A DNA stretch of 24,000 bases from positions 1 to 24,000 of the forward strand of contig DJPE01000092.1 of assembly GCA_002439705.1 (NCBI GenBank), in the 5' to 3' direction. Each line of letters starts with the position of its first letter. Position 1 is the stretch's first letter. Under the pieces are notes generated by a model. The model made no database searches, was not told the DNA's origin, and saw nothing but the letters and a program-made list of their open reading frames with translations. This DNA is from Christensenella sp. UBA6420. Its GTDB lineage: Bacteria; Bacillota; Clostridia; Christensenellales; DTU072. The position numbers and the translations under genes were made by a program. This document shows positions 17,171-24,000 of this stretch, piece by piece.

Positions 17171-17198
17171 TTGACTTTTAGGAAAAGTATGGTAATAT
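17171..17198 (+). promoter_or_regulatory. SigA-type extended -10 promoter for trkA-trkH
   Basis: TTGACT (17171-17176), 16-nt spacer, TGgTAATAT (17190-17198). GGAGG (17206-17210) and ATG 17215 follow at once, which implies a leader of only about 10 nt. Confidence 0.65.
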
Positions 17199-17214
17199 AT
17201 TTTTCGGAGGAACG

Positions 17215-18567
17215 ATGAGATTAGTTATTGTTGGCGCCGGCAAAGTAGGCACGACGCTTATAGAAAAGTTATCAAAAGAAAAACACGACGTAATCATCGT
17301 GGATATTGACGACGAAAAGGTAGAAAGTCTCGTAAATAAATACGATATAAGGGGTATTGCCGGCGGCGGTTGCGACAGGAACATACTGGAAGAAGCCGAA
17401 GTAAGTAAAGCCGACTTTTTTATCGCTTGTACGTCCCGTGACGAACTGAATATATTAAGCTGTATGCTCGCTAAAAAGATGGGCGCAAAGTATTCCATAG
17501 CGAGAGTCCGCGATCCGGAATTTTATTCCGAAGAAGACTATATGAGCAAGGAATTCAGTATCGACATGCCTTTTAATCCGGAACTTCGTACCGCGGAAGA
17601 AATAGCGCAGATACTTAAATTTCCGTCCGCCGTCAATATAGAAACTTTCGCCGACGGAAGCGTGGTCATGATAGAGCTGTTTATAAAAAAGGGCAACCCT
17701 ATTATAGATAAAAGCGTAGTCGACATAATAAAAGAATACGAAGTCAAATTGCTGTTCAGTATGGTGGAACGCGACGGAAAAGTCTTTATTCCGCGCGGCG
17801 ATTTCGTAATAAAAGAAGGGGACAGAATTCATATCACCGCTACCGAACAGGAGATAGCCGCGTTCAGTAAGGACATGCAGATGTACAAAAGACGGGCTAA
17901 ATCGGTCTTTATCGTAGGCGGTGGCAAGATAGCGTATTATCTTGCGAAAAACCTTATCGAATCCCGCGTGAACGTAACCATAATAGACATAGACGAAGAG
18001 CGTTGCCGCGAGCTGAGCGAAAAACTGCCCGAAGCGACTATTTTATGTGGCGACGGAACCGACCAGGACGTACTTAGCGAAGAAGGCATAGCGAAATGCG
18101 ACGCCTGCGTAGCCCTTACCGGTATGGACGAAGAGAACGTAATAATAGCTCTTTACGCCGCTTCCAAAAAGGTAGCGAAAGTCGTGTCGAAAGTAGACAG
18201 AGCGACGGTCGCTCAGATGGTAAGAAATTTAGGCTTAGATACCGTAGTTTCGCCGAGAAACGTAATAGCCAACAGAATTTTGCGGTTTATCAGAAGTCAC
18301 AGAGAAGGGAGCGACGGCAGTATTAACCGCCTTTACAATATCTTAGACAAGGTGGAAGCGTTGGAATTTATCGCTACCGCCGACTGCAAATTCCTGAATA
18401 TTCCGCTTAAAGACCTGAAGATAAAAAATAACTATCTCGTAAACGGAATAGTAAGGAATAAAGAGTACATTTTACCTACGGGCGACAGTTATATTGCGGA
18501 AGGAGATTCCGTACTCATAGTCACTACGGATAAAAACGTAACCGACTTAAACAGGTTAATCAAATAG
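17215..18567 (+). CDS. trkA: Potassium uptake system NAD-binding regulatory subunit TrkA (tandem RCK)
   Basis: Two Rossmann starts, IVGAGKVGTTL and IVGGGKIAYYLA, each followed by a TrkA_C-type segment. 450 aa. Confidence 0.92.
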   Translation: MRLVIVGAGKVGTTLIEKLSKEKHDVIIVDIDDEKVESLVNKYDIRGIAGGGCDRNILEEAEVSKADFFIACTSRDELNILSCMLAKKMGAKYSIARVRDPEFYSEEDYMSKEFSIDMPFNPELRTAEEIAQILKFPSAVNIETFADGSVVMIELFIKKGNPIIDKSVVDIIKEYEVKLLFSMVERDGKVFIPRGDFVIKEGDRIHITATEQEIAAFSKDMQMYKRRAKSVFIVGGGKIAYYLAKNLIESRVNVTIIDIDEERCRELSEKLPEATILCGDGTDQDVLSEEGIAKCDACVALTGMDEENVIIALYAASKKVAKVVSKVDRATVAQMVRNLGLDTVVSPRNVIANRILRFIRSHREGSDGSINRLYNILDKVEALEFIATADCKFLNIPLKDLKIKNNYLVNGIVRNKEYILPTGDSYIAEGDSVLIVTTDKNVTDLNRLIK

Positions 18568-18574
18568 TATCGGT

Positions 18575-20020
18575 ATGAATTATAAGTTAGTTTTCAACGT
18601 ATTAGGCAAAATTCTGGTGCTGGAAGCGGCGCTTCTGTGCGTTCCGTTAATACTGAGTCTTGCGTACGGAGAAGATATTTATTTAGCGTACGTTATTCCC
18701 ATAGCCTGCCTGCTGGCTGCGGGGATACCGTCGTTTATTTTTAAGCCGAAAGACGCGTCTATTTACGCAAGAGAAGGGTTCGTTCTCGTATCGTTTTCCT
18801 GGGTAATTATGTCGCTTGTAGGGGCGTTACCGTTCGTTATCAGTAAGGCAATACCTAACTATATCGACGCTTTGTTCGAGACGGTGTCCGGTTTTACTAC
18901 GACGGGAGCGAGTATTCTTTCGGAAATCGAATCTTTACCTAAAAGCATACTTTTTTGGCGTTCGTTTACCCATTGGGTGGGCGGTATGGGAGTTCTCGTA
19001 TTCGTCCTTGCCATTCTTCCCGACGACAACGCCGGCAGCATGCACGTTTTCCGTGCGGAGTCTACCGGACCTACCGTGGGAAAACTCGTCTCGAAAATGC
19101 GTGTCACCGCGCGTATCCTTTACGCAATTTATATAGTGATGACTATGGTGGAAGTCGTATGCTTGCTCTGCGGAAAAATGTCGGTGTTTGACAGCTTCGT
19201 CAACGCTTTCGCCACGGCAGGAACGGGCGGATTTTCGGTAAGAAACAGCAGTATCGCAGCGTATGACAGCGTGTATATAGAAATGGTAATCGCAGTGTTT
19301 ATGATGCTTTTCGGCGTTAGTTTTAACGTTTATTACCTTATCCTTATCGGCAATTTCGCAAAAGCGTTCAAGAGCGAAGAGTTGAGAGTTTATTTGGGGA
19401 TTATGCTTACCGCTACCGTAATTATTGCGGTAAATATCCTTAGAGTGTACGGTAACTTCGGACAAGCCGTCAGATATTCGTTCTTCCAGGTGAGTTCCGT
19501 TATGACTTCTACCGGGTTTATTACGGCAGACTATGAAAAGTGGCCCGCTCTGTCGCAGGCTATTATTATGTTCCTTATGGTAATAGGGGCGTGCGCCGGT
19601 TCCACGGGCGGCGGAATTAAGGTCGCAAGACTCGTCATTTTAAGTAAATCGGGCGTAGCCGGCGTAAGAAAACTCGTCAAACCGAGAACGATAGTCGCCA
19701 CGAAATTCGAAGGAGAAACGTTGAGCGAAGACGTCATTAGCAACGTAAGGCTGTTTTTTGTCTTTTTCGTAGGATTGCTCATAACTTCCACTTTGCTCGT
19801 TTCTATCGACGGATACGGCACGTTGTTAGCTAATTTTTCTGCAAGTCTAACTTGTATTAACAACATAGGTCCCGGTTTCGATCAGGTTGGACCTACGGGC
19901 AATTTCGGCGGATATTCGGCTTTTTCCAAGCTTATATTCTGTTTCGATATGCTTGCAGGCAGGTTGGAAATTTTCCCGATAATAACGCTGTTCAGTTCCG
20001 CAACGTGGAGAAAACATTAA
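18575..20020 (+). CDS. trkH: Potassium uptake membrane subunit TrkH
   Basis: 481 aa and polytopic. Selectivity-filter-like repeats SGFTTTGAS, TAGTGGFS, MTSTGFIT and NIGPGF. Sits directly after trkA. Confidence 0.92.
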   Translation: MNYKLVFNVLGKILVLEAALLCVPLILSLAYGEDIYLAYVIPIACLLAAGIPSFIFKPKDASIYAREGFVLVSFSWVIMSLVGALPFVISKAIPNYIDALFETVSGFTTTGASILSEIESLPKSILFWRSFTHWVGGMGVLVFVLAILPDDNAGSMHVFRAESTGPTVGKLVSKMRVTARILYAIYIVMTMVEVVCLLCGKMSVFDSFVNAFATAGTGGFSVRNSSIAAYDSVYIEMVIAVFMMLFGVSFNVYYLILIGNFAKAFKSEELRVYLGIMLTATVIIAVNILRVYGNFGQAVRYSFFQVSSVMTSTGFITADYEKWPALSQAIIMFLMVIGACAGSTGGGIKVARLVILSKSGVAGVRKLVKPRTIVATKFEGETLSEDVISNVRLFFVFFVGLLITSTLLVSIDGYGTLLANFSASLTCINNIGPGFDQVGPTGNFGGYSAFSKLIFCFDMLAGRLEIFPIITLFSSATWRKH

Positions 20021-20053
20021 AATTTAACAAAAAATCAATAAAAAAAAGAAAAG

Positions 20054-20078
20054 CGTCTTGAAATTCGGGACGTTTTTT
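20054..20078 (+). terminator. Rho-independent terminator after trkH
   Basis: CGTCTTGA (20054-20061) pairs with TCGGGACG (20065-20072), including two G-U pairs, with a 3-nt loop. T6 follows (20073-20078) and an A-rich run precedes the stem. Confidence 0.6.
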
Positions 20079-20125
20079 GTTAATATAATAGTGTTAATAA
20101 TAAAAACAAAAAGGAGTTTTGTAGA

Positions 20126-21274
20126 ATGGGAGAATACAGCAAATTTATATCGGAAACAAGACGTGCGGTGCCTACGCCTAAGAGTATAGTAAAACCCGAC
20201 GGCAGTTGCGAATTCGGTACGTTCGATAAAGAATTCGAAGAAATGGACTTTGTTAAACTTAATCATCCTACCGCTTTGCCGCAGTGCTTTAACAGGTTAA
20301 AACTTACTTTGTGGCAGGCTACCGAAGTTCACCTTAAAAACGGGGTCCTTCTCGCCGTAGTTTGCGATATGGGTATATTCGGAAAGACGTTCAACGTTTT
20401 TTACGACAAACGCACGCACAACGTTTATAGCTGGGACACGAACCTTAAAAGTAAAGACACCATAATCGCACCTAACCTTATAAACGGAGCTGTTTCCGAA
20501 GCGCACACTCCCGTAAGTTTCGTAAAATACGTCAACAACTTCCAGGACGGAAGATGCGATATTTCGGGTAAACACGAAGGGAAATGCTTAATAACCGTAC
20601 CTAACGAAAATAAAGCCGCAAGCAAATCCATTAAAGAAAACTACGGCGAAGGAACGATAGAATACGAATTCTCGTTAAAAAGATTAAGTTTGCCTTGCGT
20701 GGCGAGCATACCTTTTTCGACCACTCGTCCGCGTCCTTTGTATAGTCAAAAAGACTTCTTCAAGGCGGAAGGCAGGCTCGTAATCAACGGCGAAGAAATG
20801 CTCTCCGACGGCGAAACCGTGGCAATAGTAGACGACCACAGAGGTTTCTATCCCAGACGCGCTCACTACGACTGGGTCACCACTATGGGAAAATGCAACG
20901 TAAACGGCGAAGAAAAGTTCCTTGCCTTCAACCTTACCCGCAACCAGTCCGTAGACCAGGATAAATATAACGAAAATATACTCTGGCTCGAAGGCAAAAC
21001 CAGCATATTGCCCCCGGTAACTTTTACAAGAACCATCGAATCCAAAGACTTCAAAAACTATTCCGAATGGATTGTAAAAGACGAATACGATATGGTTAAC
21101 ATTAAATTCAAAGTCTACGGTATGAACCCGATGATTATGCACGCCTTGGTCGTAAACATCGATTACTACATAACCTACGGAGAACTCGAAGGCTATGTAA
21201 GAGACGAGGACGGAAATAAATACATTCTCGACGGAATGCTCGGCATGGGCGAAGACAAGACTCTCTTATTATAA
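20126..21274 (+). CDS. DUF2804-family protein (function unknown)
   Basis: 382 aa, no signal peptide. The pattern LKLTLWQATEVH...AVVCDMGIFGKTFNVFYD...VDDHRGFYPRRAHYDWVT...NLTRNQS...NENILWLEGK...GELEGYVRDEDG...GMGEDK fits my recollection of DUF2804. AAGGAG lies 9 nt upstream. Family call is from memory only. Confidence 0.55.
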   Translation: MGEYSKFISETRRAVPTPKSIVKPDGSCEFGTFDKEFEEMDFVKLNHPTALPQCFNRLKLTLWQATEVHLKNGVLLAVVCDMGIFGKTFNVFYDKRTHNVYSWDTNLKSKDTIIAPNLINGAVSEAHTPVSFVKYVNNFQDGRCDISGKHEGKCLITVPNENKAASKSIKENYGEGTIEYEFSLKRLSLPCVASIPFSTTRPRPLYSQKDFFKAEGRLVINGEEMLSDGETVAIVDDHRGFYPRRAHYDWVTTMGKCNVNGEEKFLAFNLTRNQSVDQDKYNENILWLEGKTSILPPVTFTRTIESKDFKNYSEWIVKDEYDMVNIKFKVYGMNPMIMHALVVNIDYYITYGELEGYVRDEDGNKYILDGMLGMGEDKTLLL

Positions 21275-21293
21275 AACGTATCCGAAGCTACCG

Positions 21294-21320
21294 AAACCGC
21301 CCTTTATCGGGCGGTTTGTT
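21294..21320 (+). terminator. Rho-independent terminator after the DUF2804 gene
   Basis: AAACCGCCC (21294-21302) / GGGCGGTTT (21309-21317) with loop TTTATC, then GTT. The T-rich tail is short. Confidence 0.7.
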
Positions 21321-21360
21321 CAAAGAAGAACCGCTTTTATATGCGGCAAGATAAGGAAAT

Positions 21361-23793
21361 ATGGGCAGAATATTTAATAAAATAGCACGAAAAGTAGCGA
21401 GCCTTATTACGGGAGAACTTTCACAGGAATTAAACGGCGGTTTGGGCGACGGGAAATGCGTCGTAGACGGCATCGGCGAAAAAATAAGACAAGCTGCGGC
21501 GGAAGGCTGCGTTTTACTGAAAAACGACGGCGTTCTTCCTATAAAAAATAAAAAAATATCAGTGTTCGGCAGATGTCAACACGATTACTTTTTTGTCGGA
21601 TACGGTAGCGGTGGCGACGTAAAAGCCCCGTATAAGGTGAATTTATACGACGGGCTGAAAAACGGCGGAGTAGAAATCAACGAAGAAGTTTCGGCGGAAT
21701 ATAAGCGTTGGGCTGAGAAACCGAAAAACGTAGCCGACGAAGGCTTTTGGGGGCATTGGCCGTATTCTTTTCCGGAAATGCCGTTAAAGGATGATTTCGT
21801 TTCCGCCGCCACGGAAAATTCCGATATTGCGGTAGTAGTTATTGGCAGAGCCGCCGGCGAAGACAGAGAAAACAAACTAAAAAAAGGCAGCTACTATCTT
21901 ACCGATAAAGAAAACGATATGCTCCGTAAAGTAACTTTCGCTTTCAGAAAAACCATAGTAATTTTAGACGTCGGCAACGTAATCGACTTTTCGTGGATGA
22001 AAGAATATGGCAAAAAGATAAACGCGATTTTGCTTGCGTGGCAGGGCGGAATGGAAAGCGGCAACGCTATCTGCGACGTGCTTACGGGCAAGGTCAATCC
22101 CTGCGGCAAACTTACTGACACCATAGCGGAAAAATATGAAGATTATCCGTCCGCTCCTTATTTCGGCAACAGAAAAAAGAACTGCTACGCCGAAGATATT
22201 TACGTCGGATACAGGTATTTCGAAACTTTCGCTAAGGATAAAGTTTTGTTTCCGTTCGGATACGGATTAAGCTATACTGACTTTGACGTAAAGTGCGTCG
22301 GGTTTAATGCGGACGGCGAGAATATTGAATGTAAGTTTGTTGTAAAAAATACAGGTAATCGTAGCGGACGCTACGTATTAGAACTATATTGTAAACAACC
22401 GCAAGGCAAGCTCGGAAAGGCGAGCAGAGTCCTTATCGGTTTTGAAAAGACCAGAGTTCTTAATGCGGGCGAAGAAGAAACGATTACCGTATCCGTAGCT
22501 ACCGAGTATATAGCTTCTTATGATGATTCGGGCAAGAGCGGTTACGAACATTCTTACGTTCTGGAGAAAGGGAAGTATGAATTCTACTTCGGCGACAGCT
22601 GTCGCTGTACCGGAATAGCGGGCGAATATTTCATGGAAAACACCTACGCTTTAAGGGAAACCGAGAAGATTTTACCGATAAAATCTGATGATGCTTATTT
22701 GCGAATGGTCAACGAAAACGGTAGCTTATGCTACGAACAAGTGCCGATTTATAGCTCAAACTTAAAAGAAAGAATATTGCGTGATTTACCCGAAGACGAG
22801 AATAGGTCGGCAGACGGCGAATACAAACTTTCCGACGTGGCTGACGGAAAAATTACGCTCGACAAATTTATATCTATTCTTAACGACAAAGAACTCGAAT
22901 GTCTTACCCGCGGCGAAGGACCGATGAACAGCGGTTACGGCGTGGAAGGCAACGCAGGAGCTTTCGGCGGTACGATGCAGTCGTTAACGGATAAAGGCGT
23001 TCCGCCGATAATCACTACCGACGGACCTGCGGGTATAAGGATAAAAAAGACCTGTTCGCTTTTACCTTGCGGCACTGCTCTTGCATGTACCTGGGATAAG
23101 GAGTTGGTTAAAGAATTATTCTCCTTGCTTGCCGAAGAGATGAAGTATTACGGTAGCGACGTAATTTTATCGCCCGGTATGAATATCCATCGCAATCCCT
23201 TGTGCGGGCGTAATTTCGAATACTATTCCGAAGACCCCGTAATTAGCGGCACGATAGCAAAATATGCCGTTATTGGTATTCAGAGCAACGGAAAATCGGC
23301 TTGCCCCAAACATTTTGCGTGTAATAATCAGGAAGTAAACCGCCAAAGGAACGATTCCGTCGTGTCGGAAAGAGCATTGAGAGAAATTTATTTACGCGGT
23401 TTCGAAATAGTGGTTAAGGAAGCAAAGCCGAATACCATTATGACTTCGTACAACAAAATCAACGGCGTCTGGAGTCACTATAATTACGATTTGTGCACTA
23501 CGGTTTTACGCGAAGAATGGGGCTTTGACGGAATGGTTATGACCGACTGGTGGATGCAATATACCGCTTCTCCCGAGTTTCCCGCGATAAGGGATAACGG
23601 GTATAGAGTTCGCTCGCAGGTGGACGTACTTATGCCGGGGGTAAAGCGGCTCGCGAAAAACGCTGCGGACAAGGACGACGGAACGCTGACGGAAAGTCTT
23701 AATAAGAACGGCGGAATTACTTACGGCGAAATAAAACGGAGCGTAAAGAACGTTCTTAACTTTATAATTAAAACGAAATTTAACGAAAAATAA
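21361..23793 (+). CDS. Glycoside hydrolase family 3 (beta-glucosidase/beta-xylosidase-like) with permuted domain order; cytoplasmic
   Basis: Residues ~41-262 read CVLLKNDGVLP...AAGEDRENK..YLTDKENDMLRKV...AILLAWQGGMESGNAICDVLTGKVNPCGKL, which is the GH3 alpha/beta sandwich domain (GH3_C). FPFGYGLSYTDF plus VKNTGNRSGRYVLELYC follow (Fn3-like). Residues ~497-790 read TTDGPAGIR...RNPLCGRNFEYYSEDP...KHFACNNQE...SYNKINGV...GFDGMVMTDWW, the catalytic barrel. The nucleophile Asp is D729 (nt 23545-23547). Confidence 0.9.
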   Translation: MGRIFNKIARKVASLITGELSQELNGGLGDGKCVVDGIGEKIRQAAAEGCVLLKNDGVLPIKNKKISVFGRCQHDYFFVGYGSGGDVKAPYKVNLYDGLKNGGVEINEEVSAEYKRWAEKPKNVADEGFWGHWPYSFPEMPLKDDFVSAATENSDIAVVVIGRAAGEDRENKLKKGSYYLTDKENDMLRKVTFAFRKTIVILDVGNVIDFSWMKEYGKKINAILLAWQGGMESGNAICDVLTGKVNPCGKLTDTIAEKYEDYPSAPYFGNRKKNCYAEDIYVGYRYFETFAKDKVLFPFGYGLSYTDFDVKCVGFNADGENIECKFVVKNTGNRSGRYVLELYCKQPQGKLGKASRVLIGFEKTRVLNAGEEETITVSVATEYIASYDDSGKSGYEHSYVLEKGKYEFYFGDSCRCTGIAGEYFMENTYALRETEKILPIKSDDAYLRMVNENGSLCYEQVPIYSSNLKERILRDLPEDENRSADGEYKLSDVADGKITLDKFISILNDKELECLTRGEGPMNSGYGVEGNAGAFGGTMQSLTDKGVPPIITTDGPAGIRIKKTCSLLPCGTALACTWDKELVKELFSLLAEEMKYYGSDVILSPGMNIHRNPLCGRNFEYYSEDPVISGTIAKYAVIGIQSNGKSACPKHFACNNQEVNRQRNDSVVSERALREIYLRGFEIVVKEAKPNTIMTSYNKINGVWSHYNYDLCTTVLREEWGFDGMVMTDWWMQYTASPEFPAIRDNGYRVRSQVDVLMPGVKRLAKNAADKDDGTLTESLNKNGGITYGEIKRSVKNVLNFIIKTKFNEK

Positions 23794-23810
23794 GCGGGAT
23801 ACCCGTTAAA

Positions 23811-23873
23811 AAAAATTCCCTGAATTTTGCAAGCCCGAAAGGTGTTTCGGGCTTGTTTTTACAGGGAATTTTT
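23811..23873. terminator. Nested two-tier hairpin, likely a bidirectional terminator
   Basis: The outer stem is a perfect 12-bp pairing, AAAAATTCCCTG (23811-23822) / CAGGGAATTTTT (23862-23873). The inner 11-bp stem is CAAGCCCGAAA (23830-23840) / TTTCGGGCTTG (23845-23855) with loop GGTG, followed by T5. An A-run upstream supplies a T-run on the minus strand. Confidence 0.75.
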
Positions 23874-23895
23874 CAAGTTTATATTTTACTCGAAA

Positions 23896-24000
23896 TTACT
23901 TTATTTCGAAGGTGAATTTTGTTTTCGTCGACAAGGGTCTGTCTTTCGTTATTATTATCGAAGGGAAGGACTCTATATTGCAGGCGTTGGGGTAGCTTTG
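23896..24000 (-). CDS. Possible 3' end of a convergent minus-strand gene (5' part outside the window)
   Basis: The minus-strand frame is open from the window edge for 34 codons (...NIESFPSIIITKDRPLSTKTKFTFEIK*), stopping at 23896-23898, 23 nt before the bidirectional hairpin. A second minus frame is also open, ending at 23879, so the frame choice is uncertain. Confidence 0.3.
   Translation of the reverse strand, partial: QSYPNACNIESFPSIIITKDRPLSTKTKFTFEIK

Noticed and set aside
17098-17214. A c-di-AMP (ydaO-type) or other riboswitch in front of the trkAH potassium transporter genes
   Set aside because: The best promoter ends at 17198, leaving a leader of only about 10 nt. The spacer is too short and shows none of the conserved riboswitch helices that I can recognise.

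Overview
This window looks like ordinary core genome from a Bacillota (Firmicutes), probably a Clostridia-type organism. GC is low-to-mid 40s % by eye, translation uses the standard code with TGA as a stop, and NCG/CGN codons are heavily used. Of 26 protein genes called, 24 are on the + strand, many with overlapping or abutting stop/start codons.

Gene order follows two conserved Firmicute clusters. The first is the B. subtilis 'ylo' region: yicC, gmk, rpoZ, coaBC, priA, def, fmt, rsmB, rlmN, rsgA, rpe. The second is the 'yqe' region: yhbY, nadD, yqeK, rsfS. The window starts inside ligA. After rpe come nth and obg. After rsfS come an Isf-like flavoprotein, an overlapping DUF4234/DUF2752 membrane pair, trkA-trkH, a DUF2804 protein and a glycoside hydrolase family 3 (GH3) enzyme.

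I found no rRNA, tRNA, CRISPR array, transposase/integrase, phage gene or recognisable defence or biosynthetic cluster. I cannot honestly point to a convincing new multi-gene system. The observations most worth a second look are:
- rsgA encodes its conserved N-terminal domain in frame but has no canonical start codon. ATA at 9421, just after a GGAGG, is the likely start.
- The prpC/prkC pair that normally separates rlmN from rsgA is absent, and so is remA between yicC and gmk.
- An unclassifiable four-TM membrane protein on the opposite strand is wedged between yhbY and nadD.
- nadD and yqeK are fused into one ORF.
- The GH3 enzyme has circularly permuted domain order.
- A 23-codon mini-ORF with a good SD (Shine-Dalgarno ribosome-binding site) sits directly in front of nth, which has a poor SD.

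All family assignments come from motif recognition by eye, not from database searches.
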